Shown here: positions 15,452 through 25,722 of the stretch, in pieces | Layout: every line of letters begins with the position of its first letter | Position numbering within the stretch: the first letter of the stretch is position 1 | From: Sulfurospirillum sp. | GTDB taxonomy: Bacteria > Campylobacterota > Campylobacteria > Campylobacterales > Sulfurospirillaceae | DNA: 42,206 bases | Assembly: GCA_045047115.1 (NCBI GenBank) | Contig: JASFYR010000029.1 | Coordinates: 1-42,206, forward strand | Direction of reading: 5' to 3' | Notes under the pieces: model-generated | The model's input: the letters and a program-made list of their open reading frames with translations, nothing else | What the model was told of the DNA's origin: nothing | Database searches by the model: none | Made by a program: the position numbers and the translations under genes

Positions 15452-16229
15452 TTCAAAGTTTATCTCTGTTTTGTGGTGGATTTTTATGCCTGTTTTGGTA
15501 GCGCTTTTGTTTAACTCTGTTATTCTGCTTATTTTTATGGATAGAGGCGTAAAAGAGATCAAGTTTGAGCAGCAAAAAACTCAATATATAGAAAATTTTC
15601 CAAAATTTTTAAATTTAAACAGGGTAAGAAGTAAAAGAGTTTCACCAAAAATCAAAAAAGTAGAAAACTTAGGAGCAATGATACTGCAAGCTTGTTATGC
15701 CAGTCAAAACAAAAAGTTTATAATTTTCAAAGAGGGCTCAAAAACTATTTTTTTAGATTTAAACCAAAGCTATAAAGGTGCAAAGCTGCTTGATGTGGGT
15801 TTGGATTATGCTGTTTTTTCTAAAAATGGCAAAAAGATAGAGTTGAAACTAGAAGAGATAAAAACAAAAACTCAAGCCAAAAAAGGTATGCTCCAATCTT
15901 CTGGAAGAGAAAAATACATAGGTGTTAAAAGAGATGATTTTAAAAAATATACGAAAAATATAAGACGAGCTTTAAGAGATGTGAGAATTCAGGAATTAAG
16001 AAAAAAGAGAAAATTTGCCGGCATAAGACTGAGTTTCATAAGAAGAGGCTCGCTTTTTGATAAAATGAGGCTCAAAGTTGGCGATGTCATAAAAAGCATA
16101 GACGGAAATGAGCTTGGAAGTATGATGGATTTGTTGCCATACTATAACAGGATCAACGATACTGCAACGATACAGGTTGGTTTTGAGAGAAACAATGAGA
16201 TGAAGGAGATTATATATGAAATTAATTAG
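15435..16229 (+). CDS. T2SS GspC-like protein with PDZ domain
   Basis: TM, HR-like domain and PDZ motif LKVGDVIKSIDG; precedes gspD. Confidence 0.75.
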   Translation: MSLLTNSKFISVLWWIFMPVLVALLFNSVILLIFMDRGVKEIKFEQQKTQYIENFPKFLNLNRVRSKRVSPKIKKVENLGAMILQACYASQNKKFIIFKEGSKTIFLDLNQSYKGAKLLDVGLDYAVFSKNGKKIELKLEEIKTKTQAKKGMLQSSGREKYIGVKRDDFKKYTKNIRRALRDVRIQELRKKRKFAGIRLSFIRRGSLFDKMRLKVGDVIKSIDGNELGSMMDLLPYYNRINDTATIQVGFERNNEMKEIIYEIN

Positions 16230-18015
16230 TATTTTGGTTCTATTTGCAACTTTGATGTTTGGTGGTGTCAAAACCGACAATAAATCAAATGTGGAGATAA
16301 ATTTTAAAAACTTGCAAATAAATGCCTTTGTGAAGATGGTGTCCAAGATAAGTGATAAAAATATACTATTAAACTACAATATCCCCGGCAAAGTAAACTT
16401 TATCTCTGTAAAGCCTGTAAAAAAAAGTCAAGTTTATGATCTGCTTATCAGCGTACTTAAAAACAAAGGATATACCCTCATAGATAGTCATAGTGGTTAT
16501 TTTCAAGTGGTAAGAAGCAGTGATGCAGCCAGAGAGTCTCCGCCTTTGAGTACAAAAAATATACTAAATCAAATCCAAACAGATATCATAGGCATACGTA
16601 ACCTTTCGGCTGATCAGATGTTGGCACAGATAAGATTTTTATTGAGCAAATATGGCAAGATAGCTGTCTCTAAAGAGGCAAACAGTTTGATTATCACGGA
16701 TTATCCTCAAAATCTAAAGAGCATCAGAGGATTGGTGCGCAAACTTGACTCTCAAAAAAAGAAAGAGATAAAATTTTACACACTAAAAAATTCAAAAGTG
16801 ACTACTGTTCTGCCAAAGATAAAAAGTATAGCAAACAGCATCTACAACCAGAAAATGCCTAGCCAAAAAGTCGATCTGTTTTCAGATGAAGGCACAAATA
16901 CCCTCATAATAGTCTCAAGCAAAAAGATTATAGATGCTCTTCTTTCGCATGTGAAGAAGTTGGACCAAAAAGATGAGATTTCGCAAAGATCCTTGCATAT
17001 AGTCAGTCTTAAAAATTCTGATGCAAAGCTTGTTGCCAAAACTTTGGAGACTATCATCTCAAACAAACCCAAAAATAAAAATAAAAAGGTAAAAATCGAT
17101 ACGACCAAGCCAACATTTACTGCTGATGAAGAGACAAATACACTTATCATCTATGCCTCAAATGAAGAATTTAAAGAGATAAAGATACTCATAAATGCTC
17201 TAGACATTCCAAGACAGCAAGTTTATGTAAGTGCCAAGATAGTAGAGATAAGTGATACAAAATCAAGTAAAATAGGTGCAAAATATGGTGTTTTGGGAGG
17301 TGTCGCCAACTCATCAGGACTCTACTCTTTTAGTGCAGCTCTAGGTGCTCCTGCCATACCGTTTAATTTGAGCAGTTTGGGAATCGATACACCCTCTATC
17401 ACAAGAGGATTGGCTCTTGGGGCGACAATCTCTTTGTTGAGCTCAAAAGGCGCTGCAAATGTTCTCTCACAGCCATCTTTGCTTTGTGTTAACAACCTCG
17501 AATCTTCCATATATGTCGGAAAAACCGAATCCATAATAACACAAGGAAGCGTAGGTTCAACTACAACCGATGTTACGAAAAACACCTATACCAGACAAGA
17601 CATAGGATTGACACTCACAGTAAAACCAAGAATATCAAGTGACAATAAAGTCCTTCTACATGTAAAGGTTATCATGGAAGATGTGCTTCCCGGAAGCGAA
17701 CAGGGCCTGCCCACTACAACCAAAAGAGATGTAGAGACTACAGCTATAGTGAAAAACGGTGAGAGCATCATCATAGGCGGACTCGTAAAGGACAACATGG
17801 GAGATACAACCACCAAAGTACCGCTTTTGGGAGATATTCCTATTTTGGGTCAGGTATTTAGATATAAAGAAAAAAGCAATGATAAGATAAATTTACTGGT
17901 TATTTTAACCCCGTATATAGTAGATAAAAGCGCTGAACTTTCATCTCTAAAAGAGATGCTCTCAAAGCTAAACAATATAGAACAACAATTTGTGAAAAAT
18001 ATAACAAAAAAATGA
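16216..18015 (+). CDS. gspD: T2SS secretin GspD
   Basis: N0-N3 domains, DIPRQQVYV and KVPLLGDIPILG secretin motif. Confidence 0.92.
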   Translation: MKLISILVLFATLMFGGVKTDNKSNVEINFKNLQINAFVKMVSKISDKNILLNYNIPGKVNFISVKPVKKSQVYDLLISVLKNKGYTLIDSHSGYFQVVRSSDAARESPPLSTKNILNQIQTDIIGIRNLSADQMLAQIRFLLSKYGKIAVSKEANSLIITDYPQNLKSIRGLVRKLDSQKKKEIKFYTLKNSKVTTVLPKIKSIANSIYNQKMPSQKVDLFSDEGTNTLIIVSSKKIIDALLSHVKKLDQKDEISQRSLHIVSLKNSDAKLVAKTLETIISNKPKNKNKKVKIDTTKPTFTADEETNTLIIYASNEEFKEIKILINALDIPRQQVYVSAKIVEISDTKSSKIGAKYGVLGGVANSSGLYSFSAALGAPAIPFNLSSLGIDTPSITRGLALGATISLLSSKGAANVLSQPSLLCVNNLESSIYVGKTESIITQGSVGSTTTDVTKNTYTRQDIGLTLTVKPRISSDNKVLLHVKVIMEDVLPGSEQGLPTTTKRDVETTAIVKNGESIIIGGLVKDNMGDTTTKVPLLGDIPILGQVFRYKEKSNDKINLLVILTPYIVDKSAELSSLKEMLSKLNNIEQQFVKNITKK

Positions 18016-19535
18016 ATATAGACAATATACCATCAATCAACAACAAAGATCTCTATCCGATAAATCTTGATGGGATGGACATCAATCTTTTGGTAAAAAA
18101 CTATCTGCTTCTGACAAAGATAGACGGGACCACTTTTGCAGTTTTGGACAAAGAGTATGTAAGTGATGGTCTAAACTATCTCTCAAAGCTAACTATCGAG
18201 TGTGAGATTTGTTTTTTGGACACTGCATCCTATGATAGACTGTACAACAGATATATAGAGCAAAAAAGTGACAAAGAGCTAAGCGGTTCATTTAGTGAAG
18301 ATGAAAAAGAAGAATTTTTAGAAGATGATATTTCACTATCACAGTTTTTAAAAACCAGTTCTGACATACTCACAAGTGAAGAATCAGCCCCTATCATAAA
18401 GTTTGTAAATTCACTCTTTTATCAAGCTATAAAGAAGAGATCTTCGGATATACATATAGAGACTCATGAGCAAAGGGGAGTGGTGCGTTTCAGGATAGAT
18501 GGTGCTTTGATAAAACATGTAGATTTGGACAAACACATCATAAATCTCATCATCAACCGTATAAAAGTCATCTCAAATTTAGATATATCTGAAAAAAGAG
18601 TTCCTCAAGACGGAAGAACCGTCATAAAGATATCTGACAAAAGTTTGGATGTCAGAGTATCTGTACTGCCCACTTACTATGGAGAGAGAATTGTTATGAG
18701 GATACTTATGGACTCATCTACCATACCTTCTTTGGAAGGTTTGGGGTTTGATGTAGAGTTGACAGAGCAGTTTAGATCCTTGCTTTCTCACTCGTATGGT
18801 ATGATTTTAGTGACGGGCCCCACAGGTAGTGGAAAATCAACCACTTTGCACTCATTTTTAAGCACAATTGCAACTTCTGAGAAAAATATAATCACCATAG
18901 AGGATCCGGTTGAATATAAAGCAAACAACATAAACCAAATCCAGGTAAATGTAAAAACCGGACTCACATTTGCATCAGGACTAAGGTCTGTATTGAGACA
19001 GGATCCGGATATTGTGATGGTAGGAGAGATACGAGATACAGAGACAGCAAAGATAGCGGTTCAATCAGCCCTTACAGGACATCTGTTGCTCTCAACACTA
19101 CATACAAACAACACAACAGCGGCTCTGACTAGACTTATAGATATGGGTATAGAAGAGTTTCTTATCAGTTCAAGTCTTCTTGGTGTCTTGGCTCAAAGAT
19201 TGGTTAGGAAGCTCTGTTTGCATTGCAAAACAGAAGATAAAGACAATAGTGAGTTTAAATCAGAATTTGGTATAAAAAAAGAGGCAAAAATCTACAAGGC
19301 AAATGGCTGTAGTAAATGTAACTTTACCGGTTATGATGGCAGAGTAGCGGTTGGGGAACTATTTTTGATGAGTGATGAAGTAAAAAATATGCTAAAAAAA
19401 GATATGAAAGATTTTGAGATAAGAGAAGCTATGCATCAAAAAGGTTTGGTTCTATTGGCTCAAAAGATAAGTTCTTTGGTTGAAGACGGCACAACTAGCT
19501 TCCAAGAGGCACTCAGAGTCGGTATAAGAGATTGA
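18012..19535 (+). CDS. gspE: T2SS ATPase GspE
   Basis: SDIHIE, GPTGSGKSTT, EDPVEY, LRQDPD and a tetra-Cys motif. Confidence 0.93.
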   Translation: MNIDNIPSINNKDLYPINLDGMDINLLVKNYLLLTKIDGTTFAVLDKEYVSDGLNYLSKLTIECEICFLDTASYDRLYNRYIEQKSDKELSGSFSEDEKEEFLEDDISLSQFLKTSSDILTSEESAPIIKFVNSLFYQAIKKRSSDIHIETHEQRGVVRFRIDGALIKHVDLDKHIINLIINRIKVISNLDISEKRVPQDGRTVIKISDKSLDVRVSVLPTYYGERIVMRILMDSSTIPSLEGLGFDVELTEQFRSLLSHSYGMILVTGPTGSGKSTTLHSFLSTIATSEKNIITIEDPVEYKANNINQIQVNVKTGLTFASGLRSVLRQDPDIVMVGEIRDTETAKIAVQSALTGHLLLSTLHTNNTTAALTRLIDMGIEEFLISSSLLGVLAQRLVRKLCLHCKTEDKDNSEFKSEFGIKKEAKIYKANGCSKCNFTGYDGRVAVGELFLMSDEVKNMLKKDMKDFEIREAMHQKGLVLLAQKISSLVEDGTTSFQEALRVGIRD

Positions 19536-19541
19536 GCGTAG

Positions 19542-20762
19542 ATGTTTTTTAAATACAAAGGCTTAGATGGCGAAGGAAAAAAAACCAAAGGAGTTTTTGA
19601 AGCCAATGATATGCAAGAAGCAAAGGCAAAACTCAAAACAAGAGGTATCATCTATAGCTCTTTGGCGGAAGACAAACCTTTTATCAAGAGCCATTTTAGA
19701 GATCTTTTTACAAAAAATTTTCCACACAAAAAACTATATATCATAAGCAAAAATCTAAGCATCTATCTAAAATCCGGTGTTTCATCCATCGTATATGCCA
19801 TAAAACTGGAAAAACAGCAATATGAAGACGATAAAAAAATATTTAGATTTTTTAGCTCTGTCGAGACTGCGCTGCAAGAGGGTAAGAGTTTTTATGTGGC
19901 ACTGGAATCTCAAGAAGTTTTTAAGCTGCCAGGCTTCTATAAGCAGTCTGTAAAAGTGGCTGAAGAGTCAGGAACTTTGGGTATTGTACTTAAAGAGTTG
20001 TCAATTTTTCTGAAAAATCAAGAAAAGATAAAAAGTAAAATTTCTAGTGCTCTTGCTTATCCATTGTTTATAGTGATAGTTTCATTTTTTATGGTTGGTT
20101 TTATGCTCAGTGTAGTCGTCCCAAAAATTACAAATATGTTTGACCAGTTAGATCAAAAGTTACCAAAAATCACACAGTTTGTTATAGCTTTGGGTGATTA
20201 TATAGATAAAAATTGGATCACTATATTGGCTTCAATTTTTATATTTATCACCATTTTTTCCTATATGTACAAAAGTTTTTCTAAATTTACTTATATGATA
20301 GACAGTATGTTTTTGAGGTTTCCTCTTTTTGGAAAAATTATCCAGACTTCGGAGTTGGCAAAGTTTTCATATATAGTATCTGTCCTGATAAACTCGGGAG
20401 TGACTTTTGTGCAAGCAGTAAAACTCTCCTCAAATACTATAAAAAACAGAGTGATAAACCACACTTTTATTCAAGCGTCAAATGATCTTGTAAAAGGCAA
20501 AAAACTTTCAAATTCGCTTCAAAAACAAAACTACAAAATAGACAGGGCTTTCATCCAGGCTATATCACTGGGAGAAGAGACAAGCCAGATGAGAGAGATC
20601 CTGCAAAACCTTTCCGAACTCTACACAGAAGAGAACAGCGACAAGATAAACAAAATGCTTTCCCTTTTGGAGCCTGTACTTATACTCATAGTGGGGGCCA
20701 TCATCGGTGTCATAATTGTTGCAATGTTGCTACCAATTTTTTCATTGAACCTAAATATGTAA
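19542..20762 (+). CDS. gspF: T2SS inner-membrane platform protein GspF
   Basis: AEESGTL, ALAYP and LLEP motifs with three TM segments. Confidence 0.92.
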   Translation: MFFKYKGLDGEGKKTKGVFEANDMQEAKAKLKTRGIIYSSLAEDKPFIKSHFRDLFTKNFPHKKLYIISKNLSIYLKSGVSSIVYAIKLEKQQYEDDKKIFRFFSSVETALQEGKSFYVALESQEVFKLPGFYKQSVKVAEESGTLGIVLKELSIFLKNQEKIKSKISSALAYPLFIVIVSFFMVGFMLSVVVPKITNMFDQLDQKLPKITQFVIALGDYIDKNWITILASIFIFITIFSYMYKSFSKFTYMIDSMFLRFPLFGKIIQTSELAKFSYIVSVLINSGVTFVQAVKLSSNTIKNRVINHTFIQASNDLVKGKKLSNSLQKQNYKIDRAFIQAISLGEETSQMREILQNLSELYTEENSDKINKMLSLLEPVLILIVGAIIGVIIVAMLLPIFSLNLNM

Positions 20763-20846
20763 AAAAAATGTAATTTTTTTAGTAAAGATTAATTAAAATA
20801 TTAGTATTATATAGTAGTTGATTAAATCCACTTAAGGAGGTAGGTT

Positions 20847-23800
20847 GTGAAAAAAGTTCTTGGTCTTGTGATGATGAGTATGCTCATCATCTTTTTTTCA
20901 GGTTGTGGAGGCGGTTCCGGTGCTACAGGCAGTAGTTCGACAGGAGCTACAGGAGTTGGTGCAAAAGGACCTTTTGTGCAGGGTTCTGCTGTAACTGCAT
21001 ATAAATTAAATACAAATGGTACACGAAGTACAATAGACATAAACGCAACTGTAACAACAGATAACTTGGGAAATTATGATTTGGGCAATATTCCTTGGAG
21101 TGGGGCTACTGAAATTGTTATAGCCGGTAATTATTTTGATGAAAATACCGGTGCGAATAGCACAACTGCTGTGTCTTTATCTGCTGTAGTAGCCATAGAG
21201 AGTGGAAAAACTGTTACTGCAAATGTAAATATTTTTACAGATTTGGAAGCAAGGCGTGTCAAATATCTGATGAGTCAAGGCTACTCTTTTGCAGATGCCC
21301 AGACTCAAGCTAGGACAGATATCATAGATCTGTTTGATCTTAATATCACTGCAGATACAGGTTTGCAGGACTTGGATTTGACAGATGGAAGCCAACACAG
21401 TCAGGGTAATGCTGAACTTCTTAGAGTTTCAGCTGCAGTAGCTGTTGATCCAAGTATTTTAGACGGCTTGAGACATGGTATAGAAGATGGAAATATGACA
21501 GGCGATGCAGAGGGCAAAGGTGCTTTTGTTCGCTTGGGAAATATCGTTGATGATGATGTGAATATGACTGCTGCATCAGGTCATCTGGAAACAGATTTAA
21601 ATGTAACGGATGCTCCAGATGCAAATGATACAGATATAAATGCTACATGGGTAGATAGAAGTTTGGGGCATGCCCCAGTTTTAGATCCGATAGCAGATGT
21701 GAATGTAACTGAAGATTCTGGATTGTTTACGGTTACTTTTCATGCAACAGATGCAGATGGAGATTCTTTATCTTATTCTGCAACAACAGATTGGTCAATT
21801 TTAGGCGGTCAGGGTAGTGGTATATCTGGAGCTACATTAAGTCTTGTTCCGCAACCGAATAAAAATGGTGTTGCAACTGTAATTGCTAGTGTTGATGATG
21901 GCACAGGTTTGGTCACCACTAGAACATTTACTGTAACTGTAAATCCTGTAAACGATGCTCCGGTCGCAAATGACGATACTGCTATAACTAATGAAGATAC
22001 CAATGTAACTATAGATGTTTTGGCAAATGATACTGATATAGATACAGGAGATACTAAAAGCGTTAAAAGCGTTACTCAACCAGCACATGGTGCTGTCATA
22101 AATGGAATTACAAATGTTGTTTATACTCCAAATGCTGATTTTAACGGTACAGACAGCTTTACATATACTATGCAAGATGCAGGTGGTTTAACATCAACAG
22201 CCACGGTTACTGTGAGCGTTACTCCGGTAAATGATGCTCCTATAGCGCATGATGATAACGCAACATTAAGTGAAGACAGCGGTTCTCATGTGATAGATGT
22301 TTTGGCAAATGATACAGATGTGGATACAGGGGATACCTTAACGGTTTGGAGTGTAACACAGCCAACTCATGGTAGCGTAACAATTGGTAACGGAAGTTTA
22401 AATGTTAACTATACCCCAAGTTTAAATTTTAATGGTACAGATACTTTTACATATGAAGCAAAGGATTCAGGTGGATTGATGTCAACAGCTACTGTTACCC
22501 TAACAGTTACTCCGGTTAACGATGCTCCGGTTGCGAATCCTGGTATAGTAAATGCGATAAAAAATGCACAATACAGTGGAACACTGAGTGCAAGTGATAT
22601 AGATGGTGATGCTCTAACATATAGTATAGTTTCTCAAACTGATGCAAATGGAACTGTGAGTATTACCAATGCAAACACAGGCGCATTTACATATAATCCA
22701 GCCACCGATTTTATAGGGGATGCAAATTTCACATTTAAAGTAAATGATGGCACCGTAGATTCAAATACAGCTACAGTAACTATACATGTAGTTGATAGAG
22801 TTATAAATGTAACTGCAAATGATGATAGTAGCACGATTGATGAAGATCATAATGCAACTATTAATGTTTTAGGAAATGATGTATCAACTTTTGCTGATGA
22901 TAACAGTACTGCTAGTGGTACTATAGTTTCTGCAGTCTCTACTCCTTCGCATGGTATTGTTACTATAAATAGCGATTATAGCATCAAGTATGTTCCAAAT
23001 GCAAACTACTATGGAATAGACACTTTTGTTTACACAGCCCAGAGTGCCAGTGGAAGTGAAGACAATGCTACTGTAATCGTTACAATCAATTCAGTCAATG
23101 ATGTACCAGTGATATCAAGTATCTCAAATATATCAGAAAATGAAGACAGTAATGATACAAACATAACACTAAGTGCAACAGATGCTGACAATAATGATAC
23201 TCTGACCTTTAATGCAGTATCTTCAAATACTTCTATCGTAACCGTAAGTGTAAGCGGTACTACTCTTACAGTCCACCCCCTTCCAAATGCAAATGGAAAT
23301 GTTGATGTAAATGTAAGCGTAGATGATGGGCATGGAGGAATAGACAGTACATTGTTTACTGTAACATTAAATCCGGTAAATGATAATCCTGTGGCCACAG
23401 GTCCTTTATATACAACTCGTTCACAAGATGATCCTTATTCTGATACGGTTAGAGCTACAGATGTAGATGGAGATTTAAATGCAAGCGGATATGCGTTGGT
23501 AGACAGTAATCTCTCAGGAGGAAGTTTAATATTTGATGCAAATGGAAGCTTTACATATAATCCAAATGGAGTATTTGACCACTTGCCTCTTAATGTATAT
23601 GGCCCGGATGTATCCTTTAGGTTTACCGCTAGTGATTCACATGGTGGCGTGAGTGATCCGGTTACTGTTAGTTTCAGATATGTTGGTTTAAATGATGCTC
23701 CAGTAGTTAATGAAAAACTGGGGGATGTAACATTATTTGTTGGAGATGTTATAAATAATGCTATAAATCCAAATGCTTTTAGCGATGTAGATGACAATAC

Positions 23801-25592
23801 TACGCTTACATATACTCAAACAGGATTGGCAGGTACGGGAGTATCAATGAGTTCGGATGGTAATTTTATCGGAATAGTCACGGCCGATCCGGATACTTAT
23901 AGCGTAACCGTTACAGCTACTGATGACCATAGTGCATCTGTTAGTGACACTTTTGTTGCCACTGTCAATTATCCGGCGCAAGCAAGTGATGTTAACAATA
24001 CAGCATGGGTCTTCAGCGATGGTATAAAAGTTGTTTTTTATCCAACGGGTCAATTTGTTGCTGTCGGTGTCGATGGCAATAAAAGTTTCTGGGATGATGG
24101 TATGTGGGATATAAATACCACAGCACATGCAGTACAGTTAATTTCAAGTGGCGGTTCAGTAGATTTTCTATACTTGCCTCATACCGGACCAATCAGTGGT
24201 GATATAGTAACAGATAGATTTATGGAACCAACTTCGGATGACAGATTTACACTGTTGATAAATCAAGTGATAGATATACAAGGTGCTATATCTGATGTGA
24301 ACACTACTGCTATCACTACAGATGAAGTTAACAGTACAGCTATAAGGATAGTTGACGGTCCGACAATTAATCTGTTTGCAGACAGTACATATCTTATGAT
24401 AGATAATGCTGATCAAAATATCTCAAGAACTTATAAAAATGGTGTATGGTCTGTAGTCGGCGGTGCTTTGACGCTTGATAACGGTGATACAAATGTGACT
24501 TTTGCTCAAAGCAGTATAGGCGAAGGTACTCTTGGATATCATCAAGAAAGCAATGGAGGTGGTTGGCTTACAGTTCGCCAAGTTGTTGATATAAATAAAA
24601 CTGATCCATTTGCAAGTCCTTATTCTGTGTCTGCAAGTGATATAAATAGAACAGCTATGATATTTACCGATGGCAATGCTATGCATTTTTATGAAGCAAA
24701 TGCTACTGACGGTGGAAATTACTGGTATAAAGGCAGAAGTGCAGACGGAGTGATAAAAGACAAAGGTACATATCAGGTTGAAACAAACGGTACTATAACT
24801 TTGACAAGTGATATGTCAACTGGTTTAACAAGATATTTAACCAGTATGTCTTTTAATTCATCTCCGGCTAAAGGCACTATAGTTATTTCACATTATACAG
24901 ATGGTGATATGGATGGATCAGTCATAAGAAAGATATTTGGTTTTGGAAGCCCAGATTATACTACTAGCTTAAGTCCTAGCATGTTTCAAAATAAATCTAT
25001 ACAGCTAACAAATGGAAACACATACAGTTTTTATCCGGATGGTATATTTAAGATGCATGGTTTAAGCTTTGATAATCAAACTTACTATAATAAGCAGGGA
25101 ACATGGGATGGATCCAGTAGTAGTTATATGCTTATTACATATCTGGATAATTCTACGGATACTTTTAACTTTAATGAATCTGTTATACAAACAGGAACAA
25201 GAGCAAAATGGTGGAGTTCAAGTGCAGCTAAGTATTTGCATGGTGTTGTAAAAAATGTTCTAGATATAAATGCCAGCCATGCAGTAGATGCTTATCCTGA
25301 ATATGAGTATGAAGTATCCGATGTATCCAATAATGCTCAGATTTATGCACTTAATGGAATATCTTATACCGTGACTGCTTACTCAAAAGACTCAATTGCA
25401 ACTTTTGCAGGAAGCAAAAAAAGTATTACTATTTCATTTTACGGGAGTAGTGCAATTTTTGATATACCTACAGAATACACTAGTATAGTATTTAAAGTAT
25501 ATAAAGATGGTGAATTTGTAGGAAATTACGGACCTTTTGATCCAAATTCAGTGTCAGGTGGCATATTAGGAAATCATGCTTTTAGCGAGTAA
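20847..25592 (+). CDS. Large surface lipoprotein/adhesin with tandem Ig/cadherin-like repeats
   Basis: Lipobox FSG-C followed by GGGSG, repeated PVNDAPVA.DD / YTP..FNGTD.FTY units, and an AAGGAGG RBS with GTG start. Confidence 0.85.
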   Translation: MKKVLGLVMMSMLIIFFSGCGGGSGATGSSSTGATGVGAKGPFVQGSAVTAYKLNTNGTRSTIDINATVTTDNLGNYDLGNIPWSGATEIVIAGNYFDENTGANSTTAVSLSAVVAIESGKTVTANVNIFTDLEARRVKYLMSQGYSFADAQTQARTDIIDLFDLNITADTGLQDLDLTDGSQHSQGNAELLRVSAAVAVDPSILDGLRHGIEDGNMTGDAEGKGAFVRLGNIVDDDVNMTAASGHLETDLNVTDAPDANDTDINATWVDRSLGHAPVLDPIADVNVTEDSGLFTVTFHATDADGDSLSYSATTDWSILGGQGSGISGATLSLVPQPNKNGVATVIASVDDGTGLVTTRTFTVTVNPVNDAPVANDDTAITNEDTNVTIDVLANDTDIDTGDTKSVKSVTQPAHGAVINGITNVVYTPNADFNGTDSFTYTMQDAGGLTSTATVTVSVTPVNDAPIAHDDNATLSEDSGSHVIDVLANDTDVDTGDTLTVWSVTQPTHGSVTIGNGSLNVNYTPSLNFNGTDTFTYEAKDSGGLMSTATVTLTVTPVNDAPVANPGIVNAIKNAQYSGTLSASDIDGDALTYSIVSQTDANGTVSITNANTGAFTYNPATDFIGDANFTFKVNDGTVDSNTATVTIHVVDRVINVTANDDSSTIDEDHNATINVLGNDVSTFADDNSTASGTIVSAVSTPSHGIVTINSDYSIKYVPNANYYGIDTFVYTAQSASGSEDNATVIVTINSVNDVPVISSISNISENEDSNDTNITLSATDADNNDTLTFNAVSSNTSIVTVSVSGTTLTVHPLPNANGNVDVNVSVDDGHGGIDSTLFTVTLNPVNDNPVATGPLYTTRSQDDPYSDTVRATDVDGDLNASGYALVDSNLSGGSLIFDANGSFTYNPNGVFDHLPLNVYGPDVSFRFTASDSHGGVSDPVTVSFRYVGLNDAPVVNEKLGDVTLFVGDVINNAINPNAFSDVDDNTTLTYTQTGLAGTGVSMSSDGNFIGIVTADPDTYSVTVTATDDHSASVSDTFVATVNYPAQASDVNNTAWVFSDGIKVVFYPTGQFVAVGVDGNKSFWDDGMWDINTTAHAVQLISSGGSVDFLYLPHTGPISGDIVTDRFMEPTSDDRFTLLINQVIDIQGAISDVNTTAITTDEVNSTAIRIVDGPTINLFADSTYLMIDNADQNISRTYKNGVWSVVGGALTLDNGDTNVTFAQSSIGEGTLGYHQESNGGGWLTVRQVVDINKTDPFASPYSVSASDINRTAMIFTDGNAMHFYEANATDGGNYWYKGRSADGVIKDKGTYQVETNGTITLTSDMSTGLTRYLTSMSFNSSPAKGTIVISHYTDGDMDGSVIRKIFGFGSPDYTTSLSPSMFQNKSIQLTNGNTYSFYPDGIFKMHGLSFDNQTYYNKQGTWDGSSSSYMLITYLDNSTDTFNFNESVIQTGTRAKWWSSSAAKYLHGVVKNVLDINASHAVDAYPEYEYEVSDVSNNAQIYALNGISYTVTAYSKDSIATFAGSKKSITISFYGSSAIFDIPTEYTSIVFKVYKDGEFVGNYGPFDPNSVSGGILGNHAFSE

Positions 25593-25601
25593 ATAATCTA
25601 T

Positions 25602-25633
25602 AAGAAGCGTCTCAAAGGCGCTTCTTGTTTTTT
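25602..25633. terminator. Intrinsic terminator (probably bidirectional)
   Basis: AAGAAGCGTC-tcaaa-GGCGCTTCTT plus a T tract, between the convergent adhesin and tRNA genes. Confidence 0.7.
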
Positions 25634-25642
25634 ATGTAGTGT

Positions 25643-25718
25643 TGGTGGAGTATAGCGGGTTCGAACCGCTGACCCCGACGCTGCCAGCGTCGTGCTCTCC
25701 CAGCTGAGCTAATACCCC
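25643..25718 (-). tRNA. tRNA-Ala (GGC)
   Basis: GGGGTATTAGCTCAGCTGGGAGAGC...CTGGCAG...GGTTCGAACCC...CTCCACCA, 76 nt. Confidence 0.96.
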
Positions 25719-25722
25719 ACAC

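Noticed and set aside
20822..24686. Many minus-strand ORFs inside the adhesin gene, and similar shadow ORFs in the gsp, rnc, aroC and ribosomal genes
   Set aside because: They are antisense by-products of codon bias in long real genes, with no RBS or motifs.
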